From: Owenia fusiformis
Taxonomy: Eukaryota
Assembly (NCBI GenBank): GCA_903813345.2
Contig: CAIIXF020000001.1
Coordinates: 12,214,001-12,278,000 of the forward strand
DNA length: 64,000 bases
Direction of reading: 5' to 3'
Shown here in pieces: positions 41,739-54,859 of the stretch. Each line of letters opens with the position of its first letter. Positions within the stretch are counted from its first letter, which is position 1. Made by a program: the position numbers and the translations under genes. Under the pieces are notes generated by a model. That model worked only from the letters and a program-made list of their open reading frames with translations, was not told where the DNA came from and searched no databases.

Positions 41739-44700
41739 CTTCTATTATAGTCCTGCATTATTTTAATATCCTGCATATCGCTGCTCCTGCTTTATATCAT
41801 TATTCTCCTGCATTTGTTTTATCCATTTTGTAGTATAATTCATTATCAATTATCATTTCTTCAGATTCAGTTATCATTTCATCAAGGATCATTCTTTATT
41901 CTGAATAATCAGACATGTTCTTCAGGACTGTTGTTTATTTCCTTGCATCATCTGGCATCTTAGTTTCTGTAGCAAACATCTCTGTTTGAGTTGGTTGTGG
42001 GTTTAGTACATTTTGATGAAGAATTTCATGATTTGGTTGCTTCAGTTCATGACGACCTTGAGGGCAGACTGCGTAAGATGGTGCAGACGGGCAGGTATTA
42101 CCCACAGCTAAAATACCATCGTTGTTTTGTTATGAAACTCAAAGTTGTGTGTTAAAGAGTGAAGGAAGCAAGGAATAAAGCAATTGCGATTGATGTTCAT
42201 GTACTAAACCATACAGTAATGTAATTAAATCAGACACTAAGAGAGAAACAAGTAGATATTGAATAGAATCAGCAAAGCTAGAATTGCGTTTTAAGAGTAA
42301 GACTGGGATTCCTCAAATAACTCACCTTAAGTTAACTTTCAAGATATACCTCAACGCATCATCTTAGATCATTCCAAATTATCTCACATTGTTGCTTGTG
42401 GTAGTACTTTCTCCCGTTGTGTAGTGATACTGAGATACGGAAACCTTAAGTTGTTCCTTCGATCTGTAAGTCCAAGTCCCATCTGCTTCCGATTCTTGAA
42501 CATAATGCCCATTGCCTAATAATGAGCCTATTCTTATATATAGATTATTATTATGCAGAGACATTCCAATGGAATTCCCTAGATAATCACATGAGATAAA
42601 TCATATAACATATGTCATATTAGATGTCCACAGAGGCCCACGATTGCCACTACAGATCTGTTGCCATTGATTGCGCGCTACATGGCCATAATACCAGACA
42701 TGACTAATCAATAATCTATTTTCTTGGAAGAAACTACTTGATCAACTTGTTACGCCAAGGTAATTACGAAGTTTAGCGAGACCTCTGTCAAAGCAGTTGT
42801 CGATACAAATTATATTTTCCGTCGCTTACATCTAACAGTGAAGATATTATTTTTCTCAAAGTATTGGTTCCGTTCCATAGATGACACCATTGTAATATAA
42901 ATATTTATTGAAACGCGATCATAATTTCTAGCATGTTATTATGTATTGCATCATAATGTATTTCTGTTTTAGTAATTTGATTAAGATAGATAGTCTTCCA
43001 ATAGAGATTAGAGAATTAGCATTAATCAAGCAAAACGTCACACTTTTTATGAATGAATTTAATGTTTTATATCTCTGATTATACGTGATGCCATTTGATC
43101 CGCAGTTTGTTAATGACTCAAATAAGGATAATATTTTATAAACAATAAAACATTTGAGTGAACATACACAAAAAGTGCATAAAGTTCTTGTTGTATAAAG
43201 TACTTCAAACAGTTGTTAATCATTTCTATAACTGTATAAAATACAGATGAATACAAAAGTTCATCAAATATGTAACAGTGTACCTCTTTGTCATTAGCAG
43301 GACATGGGATAGTCTCACTGGTCATTGGACTAAAGAACACAAGCCAGATGGGGCTCATATACTAAATTAATGGCCTTTGGGATATCTATAGAAATTAACT
43401 GGTCCCTAGTGAACCACCCAAAATTCTTTTCCCAATGTCATATTAATCACTTATTGTCTTTTTTGATATAATAGGTCCAGTCTGAATGTTATGGCGTATA
43501 TGATTCCATTTTTATTAAGCCATCAATTATGGTAATACTAACTGGAATTTGTTATCCATTATGTGAGTCTTGATCGCCCTGAGTTGTTAAATATTTTTAC
43601 TTCCGTCGTGTAATGCTATTCTGCGTTGATTGCCAAGGGGAATTGCGTTGCTTCACATGAACTGCAAAGTAAAAGTTGATGATACAGCATATAACAGGCA
43701 CATGATTATCACTTGAGATCACCTACATCTCATACCCTTGAAGAATTCTTTGGCTGTTTATTTATAATGTTGGCACTGCAAGAATTCACTGCTTAGTGCC
43801 AAATGTCTAATTTAATCAAAGTTATGGCTGTCTGTTTGTTCTTCCTTAATGTCTTATTTCTTTTGAGTGTAATGAGAAAATGATGCAAGAATGTAATGTA
43901 ATTTGACTTCATTCAGTTGAACTGATAAATATATCACACTTCAGTGCCGATTTCATGCCCTTTCACATCAAAATATCAACTGCGTATGCATACACTATAG
44001 AGGGTTACTTCAAGTGTATATACAAAACTCCATGCTAATTCCACTCTTCATCTGCAATATTGGAAACATGCTTTGCCTTTCTATTGACTGACACTGGGTA
44101 GATCCATGCCTTGTACTGATTAATTCCCCAGGTGTTTACCTCTCAGCCAAGAAGCTTGTAAATGATAAGGAGATATGTAAAGAAGTTGGGGAGGTGAAAT
44201 GAATCGCTTTGAATGCCAACTTGTTGCCTTTAATACACAATGTACATGATATGTGCAAAAGATATATGTGGGGTTATAGGGTCATGGATGATTGGCCATT
44301 CACCTATGTGTTTAGAACAAAATTCCTGCAACCTTTTACAAGCTGGCATCTTGATTTCAGTTATTCAAGGTTCCAGTTGCACCAACTTTACCTTTATAAT
44401 TTAAGAATGGATCCACTTTTACTCATTGAGGGATCTTTCAATAGAAACCCCACCAGGGGCCATAAAAGGAGAATATTGGGACACTTTTGATTGGTTTTGT
44501 GAAAATCTTTATGCATTACAGTAACAGGAGAGAAAAATAGGCATTTGCATCCAAGGTATGTTATAACCACCTTGGAAGTCTTAAAATTGAACTAGGGATC
44601 TAGTTCAAAATTATGCTCTTATGATATTTTTCATAATGGCAAAATCTAAAGGTAATTTGTTGTTTTTATCAAATCACCAAGTAACATAACAAAACATTCA

Positions 44701-47682
44701 ATTATACCATTGTTATAATGGTTGGTTGACGTATATTGCTATTTGTGATGTATTCTTATATCAGAGGATTTAATATGGGCTTAATTACCAGGTGAACCTT
44801 CACCCTACCCCATTTTTGGGAAATCATCTCAAATGTTGCCCACCATTCAAGAATCTAATAAGAAAGTAAAAATAACAAATCAAATCACACAAAAGCTAAT
44901 TAGAACCAGCTCTGGTCAGAAAATTGCAAAATTGTGTGGTCATTACATAGTCATTACATCTTTCTATTTCATGGTTGAGAAGAACTGGGATGTCAGGGTT
45001 TATCATGATATAATATACTACTCTATTCTAGAAGAGCAGTTCTTGTAGCACATGCCTGGGGATTATTCAAGGCCTCTAAGCAAGACTATTTGTTGTTATT
45101 TTTAAACACAGTGCTGTAGTAATTTATCACTGTGTCCTTGAATATGGTGATGCATATTGTCCCATTGTCATGAAAAATTGCAAAAATATTTGTAGAATGA
45201 ATGCATAGATTTTATTGATGAAGTTGCTGGTTTATATTGTTGAATTAGATATTTGATTTAGAAAAGGGATCATGCAAAATGTCATGATATCTTGTTACGA
45301 TATCATGTTTATTTATTGCCTTTAATTAATTATTTAATTAATTGACATTTTCCCAAGTTTCCTCTTCTTCAGGATCGTTCAGTTCAGTTTTTAATAGATT
45401 CAATTAATTTTGCAATTAATTCAAACTTTCTGTGCAGGCATATAACAATCAGTCAATAATAATATATATGAAATATGTCATTTATGATAATTCAACTAAA
45501 TGTAGATCATATGCACAATAAAGCCTATGAGGTTGAAACTGATGCGTTGCATGTGCAATCAAGTGTGAATATGATATTGATTCTCAAACGCTTATGTCAA
45601 TGAATGAAGCTTGCAATAATACTGCTACACAAGATTCCGATAAATATGGATTGTTTGTATATGTTTGAGATCGTACTCACATTCCTCTCTCAAACAGGTG
45701 GCTGTCCTCTCCAATTGTGTCCTCAGTGTCCTACCAGTTTGGGGCATCTTCTATCCTTTCCCCAGCATCTTATAGCTCGTAGATATCTCGCTGTTGCCAT
45801 AGAGCCATTGCAATTTGCTTCTTAAATCTGAATATGAAGTACAAGTGGAGTACATATTGACCCAATGTAATGCGATGTATATTGGTGAGCCCAAATCTTT
45901 CTATTTCAGTTGCAATCTCGCCAACGAGGTGCCTATTTTAGCCGTTACTTGAGCTGCCAGGTGAGCGATTGCATAGACATGCTCATATACAACACCAATA
46001 CAAAACATAAGCTAATTACCGATGCAACACCCATACCCACCATCGATGCAACCCTAAATGAAAAATCAATTGGATTTTATTGGAATAATACCAATTTAAC
46101 GGACCAGATGTTCCCAATGCAGCCATAATGACTCAAGTGGCGTTTTTCGACTTTTGACAAAGTGATGTAGAGATTGGGTGCAATGTTTGGTCCCTATGAG
46201 TAAAGATATGCTTGATTGATCTATACCTCATGTTAATGAGTGTTCATTTAGTGCAATGCATGTTATTGAAATCAGGTGGGAATCTCCTATTTAGTTGATA
46301 ACCACATATGATAGGCTTTGCAGGCCATTTTGGCTGGCTTAGGGTTTGGTTTAATCTTCAGCAATAGCTACATACACTAGTATAACTGCATTTCTGTATC
46401 TGCTAGACATTCTTGTCTTACACAACTGACTTGGAAGATTCTCTAGTTTAGATACTGGCTGACATATATGGGCATCCGAACCAAAGGCTGGCCCAATACC
46501 AACTGCATCAGTACCAATATGCCTACATACGCGTAATGCTGTTTTTCTGGTGCAATATTCTCGGAAGCTTCCTTTGAGCGTTGAATGTGAAATGAAGATG
46601 CTACTGCAGCTGGCTGAAAGGATAAGATTATCCATACACCTCTCATAAGCAACTTTATATGGATTTTTCACAGATTTGTATACCAGATCTCACCATTATT
46701 AAAGAATAATGGCTGTTATGTTGCACACATATTTGGGAAAAATTCCTAAATACATTTTCTTGAATATCAAACTGGCATGGCTTGAGCCAAATGGCAATTC
46801 CCAGAATTTAATTCTATAACTTTATCTGCTTCCCATTCACATTCTATAGAGAGGCTCAACAAGAACTTAACATTGAGAAATGCAACTAACCAAAGTATGC
46901 CTTGCTACTTCCACATTAATTTTTTAATTTTATCCAATCCTGAAAAATACCAGGAAATGGTGTAAGGCATGAAAAGAAATCTACTTTTACATAGAAGAAA
47001 TACAGGAAAACAATGATAAAGATAAACAAGTGCAAAATAAATATTCCAAAGAAATGTCTAAAATATAATCATTTAGAGACAAAGGCGTCACAATGACCAG
47101 GAGCACCCTTTTCTGACAATCGGGGTAAACCAGGACTTTTAAGATCACAAAGGTCATATACATTTCATCCTATATTTCCAAAAATAAGAGAAAAAGGCCT
47201 TTTCACATTTCCTTTAATTAACCTATTCTCTTCGTTCCTTGCTTTTTATTTCTTATCTTTTATTCAAAATGAAACTTGTTTGTGGTTAACCTCATGCCAT
47301 GCTATCAGATGAGGCCAGTTAGGATTATTCCCTGTACAGAAGCACTAATGGTTTTTTTGTTAGCAAAGTTGGTGTAGGCCTAGAGACTGTGTAAGTATGA
47401 TAGATTCATTTGGACATCTTTTATTACATATGGCAGATCAGCCACCAAGAGTTGTGTGTTGAATAATATTGCAATTCCCATAGCAACCATTTAACAAATG
47501 TTTGTTTCTATAGAAACCGAGTCCACGTTTTTTTACATATGTTTTATTTGCACCAAATTAGCTTAGCTTCTTGAAGTGTTATATCCTGCTAGTTTTGTTG
47601 GGATCATGACAGAAATTCTCTTTACTCCTTTATCTCCCCCCTCCAAACTAATTTACCCGCTCCCCCTCCTCACTTACTAATG

Positions 47683-48047
47683 ACTCTTGTTTACCCCTCC
47701 TCTCTACCTACCAATACTCTTATTTAACCCCTCCCCACCTACCAATACTCTTGTTTACCCCCTCCCACCTACCAATACTCTTATTTAACCCCTCCCCACC
47801 TACCAATACTCTTGTTTACCCCCTCCACCCTACCAATACTCTTATTTAACCCCTCCCCATCTACCAATACTCTTGTTTACCCCCTCCCACCTACCAATAC
47901 TCTTATTTAACCCCTCCCCACCTACCAATACTCTTGTTTACCCCCTCCCACCTACCAATACTATTGTTTACCCCCTCCCACCTACCAATACTATTGTTTA
48001 CCCCCTCCCACCTATTTATACTCTTGTTTACCCCCTCCCACCTACCA
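47683..48047. repeat. 30-bp C-rich minisatellite
   Basis: Unit TTTACCCCCTCCCACCTACCAATACTCTTG. Confidence 0.93.
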
Positions 48048-49813
48048 CTTAAACACATTTCTTTCTGGTTTGGAAATAAAGCTGAAGAGATTGTCATTCA
48101 AGTAAGTAACTATGTTTACACTTATTGTATTAATTACATATATTCCTGGTTTAAATGCTCAAGTATGAAAATATTTTTTAAATCATATACCATTTTACAG
48201 CAACATCTATTTGATGTCTGATAAGGCTCAACACTATATCTATAAGAGGGGAGTCTAGGTTTTGTTTTAAAAAATCAGTGAACATTGAGTGAGAGTGAAA
48301 GATAATGTAACTTAAATATTCGATGAGAAAACTTTGTAGAAATCAGTAGGAATAGTATCTGGGGCAAGAATTACCCAAGAGAGTATATTTTCGATAGAAA
48401 AACCCATGAAGATTTGATCAGCACTGTGAACACAAAAGTCTTACTTCAAGACCCTGGACTCCCCCTCCCCCTATTTAGACTCCAGGACCATGTTCGACTT
48501 CCAGGGTGATTATAACATCTTGAGAATCAATGTGGTTCAAGGCTAGCTTACACAAGCGCTATGTGGGTTAGTATTATGCAATATGATATTTTAAAGAATA
48601 ATTTTGTCATTTTGTACTCAGGTGCTAATTGAGTGTTGTAGGTTGGTTTTACGTCAGTTAGTAATTGATACCTCATACGTAAATGTATATAACATTTTAA
48701 AATCAGAATGAGCTATTAAGGAATATGCAATCTAAGAATGAATAAAGATATCAAAATCTGTCCAAAATTTTACAATATACATATTGTCTCAGTAAAAAAC
48801 AGTAAAGAAAATATCTAGCTATGAGATCTAATAAAACATAAAGATTTAAAATTGAAATTTAAAAATAAGCATGGAAAATCATAAATTATTTTAACTTCTA
48901 ATACTACACTATACAAATGAATGTAGAATATACTCTTAATTTACATGTAGAGTCATAATAGAAACAGTTAAATAGATAGGGAACATGTTTTGTTGCAATT
49001 TGTAATTGGTTTCCAGTACCATCTATATCCAACTATAGTCTTATCTGATTCCATTTTGAACAGTCCTCTGTGTTACATCAATTTTATGGATCCCTCCCTC
49101 TTATCTAGTTCACCCCAGGGGGTGGATCTCGTAGTCAAGCAGAGGGGGACCAAAAAGGTTCTGGACGTTAGCGGAAAAATTTTGGGGCACAAACAGGCCC
49201 AAAATCATAATATTGTTTTGGGCCTCGATTTTTTTAGGGTCTACCAAAGTGGAGGTGGATCCCTAGTCCACAAAGCCTTGAAGTAAGACTATGTTACCAC
49301 CACAAGTGGTGACATATTGATATAGTCTCCAAACTTTTTGTGGACAGTGTTTGGCAGTTGGTTTTTGGCAGTCGGCATCGAGATGGGTGGTAGGCATCTG
49401 TAACAAATGGCAGCTGGTGATATTTTGCAGTGTTTAAGACTTATGTTTCGCCCAATAAACTTAAATTAAAAGTTTTACTTACATTATATGTATGAAATAC
49501 CTGTAAATGAGTTATAATCTGACTCTAATGCTCAGTGTACGTTCACTACCATTTCTAAATTATGCTTGGGGTCATCCTTCTTCAAAGGACCTCATTTATG
49601 CTATATACTTGTAAAATACCCTTGCAGCAAGGATGGCTGGGGGTCAGGGCCTTATACATTAGGAAAGACGCAAAATCAAACTATTGAAAAATGTAGTATT
49701 AATCCTTACTGTCATTCGTTTATTTGCAAAGATTCAAAACATACATGAGATTCTACAAGGATAATTACTCTTCTGACATTTTTGAATATGATTCAGTAAT
49801 TCTAGAATTCAAC

Positions 49814-50500
49814 TGTCAAAATCATTATTTATCAAATTGTCTCCTAATTTTGAGAATGTTGACATAATAACAGTCTAAACTCACAAATTACTAATTGTAA
49901 ATTTTACAAACACTCCTCTGAATGCATAAGGAGTATCCTTTCTATTGTTTAATTTTGCTTCTTTAAAAGAGAGTTTCGTCTACTCTGCTTTTACACTCAG
50001 TGTATATAAGGATAATATGACTCATTTTTATGTCACTACCACAAGTGGTGACATATTGTTAGAGTGTCCAACTTTTCTGTGGCAGTGGCTGGTGTTTGGC
50101 AGTTGGTGTTTGGTGGTTAAAGAGAACTGTGAAAAGGAGAATTGTCAGAATCATTATTTATTTATCAGATTGTCTCCTCATTTTGACAATATTGACATAA
50201 CAACAGTCTAAACTCACAAATTACTTATGGTAATTTTACAAGTACAAACACTACTCTGAATGCATAAGGAGTAACCTTTCTTTAAAAGAGAGTTTCGTCT
50301 ACTCTGCTTTTACAGTCAGTGTATTTAAGGGAAATTTGACCCATTTGTATGTCACTACCACAAGTGGTGACATATTGTTAGTCTCAAACCTTTTTGTGGT
50401 GGCGGTCAGTGGTTGGTGTTTTCCATTCGGCAGTTGGTGTTTGGCGGTTGATGTTTGGTGGCTGTAACATATGGCAGGTAGTGACATTTTGCATGCTTGC
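49814..50500. repeat. ~325-bp local tandem duplication including a short HINE-A copy
   Basis: 49814-50120 and 50143-50430 share ...ACAGTCTAAACTCACAAATTAC...CTGAATGCATAAGGAGTA...TATGTCACTACCACAAGTGGTGACATATTG. Confidence 0.85.
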
Positions 50501-53500
50501 CTCTGGACTGCATATATCCTACCCTGTATACTTCACAAGGCATTGGAAGTACTATGGCAAGACATCTTTAGTCCAAGGGTATTTCACTTCTTTCCTGAAT
50601 TTAAGCATAAATGAAGTCCTCTGAAGAAGGATGATTTCAAGATTATGTATTGTGTTTCTTTATTCCTAATTGTTGTTTTTGTTGTTTATTTCTGTCATTT
50701 TATCATGTGCTTTCTCGATCTCATGGATTCTAGATCTCACCATCTTTCTAAATCTCACAGTCTTTCTAGATCTCTGAAAGCTCCATGATTTTATCTTCAA
50801 TAAGTAAATGAAAAAGTTTCCGTCTATAAATGTAATATTGAGTGTGTCATCAAAAAGAGCAGTAGACAATATTCAAATTGTAATATCTAAGACAGTGTAG
50901 GGATATTAGCTTTCTTTCCAACAATGGGACATTTAATTTTGATAATAACGTAGTATTTTAAAGCTATAAAGATGACAACTGTAACAGTAGGTTTGTATTT
51001 AGGTGGAACCTCAATAATAAAAATAAACAGAACTTAAAATGTGTATTGATTATATAATGAGAGAACGGGGCGGGGGGGGAAATAAAGATGAGCATGCCAT
51101 TGAGTGCTTACATAATCTAAAAGGGATACTTAGACATACATTTTACATTGACAGTTGAATCTGTCTGATTTGAATACCACTGAAGTTGAAGCTCTCTTTC
51201 AATATGTCGAATGAATGCAAAGCGAAATACTGGATTAGGTGATCAAGTTTTCAAAATATTTTATCGAGTCAAAGATTTTAATATGGGTGTGGTGTATTGA
51301 GATGGGTGTATTGGTCAAGTAGGATAGGATTTATTTTGACAGGAAAAACTGGAAAAGCATTGAAACATACATAGCACTTGGGACATCCTTTACTGTATTG
51401 TCAAAATCTGTTTGAGTAAAAAGAAAGGCCAGCTTTTGAAGTGATAAAGCTACCAAGAGTAAATCAAATCAGAGATTAGTGTTAGATTGTTAGAATGTGT
51501 CTGTTCATTTGAAGGGACTTGTATAACATGGGGACCAGCCAAGATTTGATAGATAGGTCTTTGATTTGTCCAATATTGGTTTAATTTGCCTCAGAGTGAC
51601 AGAAGTTCTGTAGTAAAGTCTATCTCTTGTAATTAGCCAATTTCATATGGAATGATTTCCTGTCACTCAAGCATAGTATCATTTTTGTGATGTGATTTTC
51701 CATTACAAATAAAGCTAATGGTTGAAAATCACATGTGCAATCTCTGTAACATTTCTCTGCATCTTTCGATGATACCCATAAGGCCCTAGGTGATCTTATA
51801 TGAGGGGATTTATATGTAGATATGAAATAGTCTTATGTAGGGTAAGCGTTTCTGGTGAAGTGGAAGATAAAGTAAGCAAGAACGCCAGAAGCCTCCCAAG
51901 CAATAGACGGCCATGCCTTATATGGGCAAGGTGAAAGGTCGAGTTTTTACATCAGTAGTTAAGAGGGGCCAAATCAGCAGTTATATTCTCCTCATATCCT
52001 ATATATTTTATATAACGTTATATGGGCTTTTGGAGTATTTTGGAGATGCCCCATTATGTGGGCTGTTCCTGTTTGGCTTGAGTTGTGCCTGTTAGACTGA
52101 AATGTTGAATGAAATACTAGAAAGGAATGAAATATTTTGGTGACTGTCTAAGGAAGGGTCATGCCAACATGAAGTATAACCCAATTTTATATGCTATATA
52201 AAAACTTCAATATATAATTAGCATCAATATGTAAGTTCATATCGTATATAATTATGTAGGTCAATGTGAGACACATATAATTGTTTGTATATTGAACTTT
52301 TGTAGATTGAACTTAAAAGTAATATGACTTGTTTCTCTGGACTGTGAACTTTGAAACATTCATGCGGTTTTGTCTTAGATTATCACAAACATTGTTTTTT
52401 GTGCTTTTTGTATTTATATTGTGTTACATTCATTTTAAACACCCTCTGTACAATATAAGAGATTTGTGATAAGCTTTGACATAACACAAATGGATTCTTT
52501 CAGAATCCCAATGTCTCAGCTGCTGATGAAGTCATATTTCATATTCAACAATTCACTTTACATATATAGCTCATAATTTGGGGGCAGTTAGGATGGTAAA
52601 TGATCTATTTTGGAAAACTTAATAAAAAGATATATTCATTAGATGATACATGTGTAATCTTGATAATATATCATCAAAGATGAATTGGGTCGGATTCAGC
52701 TTGCCAGAATGACATGGAATGAAAATGGGGTCATGTCTGGGGATAAATTGGAATATTTAAGTTTGGAGATTTCATGAATATAAAACAAGATAGAGTGGCA
52801 CAAGATATTGTATTCATCAAGTCAATGTATTGATTGGAAAATCAAAATTAACATGAAGAAATGCTTTGATTTGCAGCAGAACAGAAATGCCTCAAGTTGT
52901 AGGATAATAAAATTACAATCCAATTGGCACTTATGTCATACTACCATCAGCTATTGCTTAGTACAAGTAAAGTGATGTGATTTAGAAAATATTTGATCAA
53001 ATTTTTGATGAGTTATGCATTCTGAAAAGGGAGAACTTTTGATTTAAAATGTCAAACTCTGAAGAAAATAAACTGCCGAAATGGTACCTACTTTTTAGGT
53101 AGGGTTGATTTTCAATTCCAGGAAATTTTGATAGAATAGTGAAGTAACAGAGTAATGAGTAATCTTATTACAATTACTGGTACTTGTACGAGGCTCATAG
53201 CTGACTGAAATAGAGAGAACTCTCGAAATGAAATCAACTAAATCAAATTTATGATAAAATCACTAGTCATTTTATTGACCCTGTATTATTGCATAGGAAA
53301 TACATTTACTACACGATCGCTTTGACTCTTGCTCAATCGTATCAGAATAATGATATATCAGATTGAAGATATGTTACAAAGTAGATGCTATTGTTCCAGT
53401 TATTTACAAGTACACGTAATTAACATGGTTGATTTTAATTAGGAGTACAAGGCTATGTTTGAGAAGCTGTTACCAGTCACACACATATCTCAAAGTGACA

Positions 53501-53909
53501 TGTGTTAACAAATATATCCAAACTTAAACATTATGTTTATCATACAACATTCTTGGAACTAACTGTTTACAGCTTCTAAAATCAATTTTAATATAAACAC
53601 CGGAACAATTTGTTTATTTCTTTAAACTAACTCTGTGAATAATTTAAAACATATTTCCAAGCATTTTGAAATTAGAATATTCAAATTGACAATTTCGTAA
53701 TAAGTAAGAAATTAGTTTTAGATGTGACAAAGATGTTAAATACATATTGGCAATTTTATGCCACGTGGCTTTTATGCTAATGGTAGTATAATGTTCATTA
53801 TGCCACAAACTCACCATATCACTTCCATTTCATAGAACTCAATTCTTCCTGATTTCCACAATTTCCATAATTGTCTCAGTGCAGCAGATATTTGCCTTAA
53901 TGTAGCCAT

Positions 53910-53993
53910 AGCACTTAAATGCTACATACTTCTTTACATTCCATACATCAGTCTTAGATATGGGCTATAAGGAAGTATGTCACACTCAAAAGC
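53910..53993 (-). ncRNA. mir-1: microRNA miR-1 hairpin (mature 3p 53922-53943; star arm 53959-53980)
   Basis: Minus strand reads ACATACTTCCTTATAGCCCATA-loop-TGGAATGTAAAGAAGTATGTAG, the canonical miR-1 mature sequence. It has a complementary star arm, a 2-nt 3' overhang, an extended basal stem and a CNNC (CTAC) 17 nt downstream. Confidence 0.97.
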
Positions 53994-54859
53994 TTGCAAA
54001 TAAATCTCATCTTGAGAAATCACCGAAGCTAAGACTGCACTGAATGATGTAGATTTTCGAATAAGTTGTGTACAATTCCAACCAATTCTAGAATCCAGCA
54101 TGAAGGATTGAATGCCCTTCATCAGTGTCAGGTTACCCCAATGTGGTGTTATATTTAGCACTAAGGCACTAATCCAGGCTGAATCACTAACTTCAGCCTC
54201 TCATCCAGTCAGGTTTCCTCCAAAGATATATATCCAACTCCAAATGTTCGGTTATATATATAGTGAAAGTAGTACATCATGGGAAATTATCACTTGATGA
54301 CTGTGTGAGAACCCCTCCTGAAAATATACCATTCATAGTGTAATTAGCACTGACTATGTGTGAAGCAATAATACCATTATCGAAATCTACAACTTTAAAT
54401 TATTTCTAGCTCTAAAGATCCATCATGTCATACATAATCAATGAATGATATAACAATCTGCCATCATGGACCTATAAAAGTTTCAGAAAAGTTTACGAAT
54501 TAGTATTTCAAACTTCCACAAAGATTTCTGAGTTTCTGCACTGTCGGCCATATTGGTTTCTCCAGGCCATAGCTCGCTGGTGAAAAGATATTGATTTCTT
54601 TGCCATTCCTTACTACAATTTGGTAATATCACTCTAGAATTCTTTATTCCCCTGATATACTCACTGTTCTATTGTATGATTACAGTAGCGATCTCCTAAG
54701 ATTGAGACTTAGTGTATCAGTGTAGTGTAGTCTCAGCCCCTTACATGTGTATGTGTGTGTGGTTCTCCTCTTGCATGGCTAACATCTGAGTAGTGCCTCA
54801 ACTCTAGTGCAGTAAACTATGAGATAAGTTCAAGTGGCACATTCCAAGATACTGGCAGC

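Noticed and set aside
42545-42575. TGGAATGT (miR-1 5' end) on the minus strand; also at ~54838-54846
   Set aside because: No complementary arm or hairpin, and the remainder does not resemble miR-1.
40639-42578. Nested protein-coding gene or pseudogene in the minus-strand exon-like segments
   Set aside because: All frames contain stops and no domain is recognisable; the presence of miR-133 favours a non-coding host.
45910-45960. Plus-strand 51-nt segment with ttcag|...|gtgagc
   Set aside because: Open only in phase 0, incompatible with the phase-2 MIB1 intron, and not MIB1-like.
53934-54161. 75-aa minus-strand ORF
   Set aside because: Runs through the miR-1 hairpin, has a non-ATG start and no homology; better explained as pri-miRNA.
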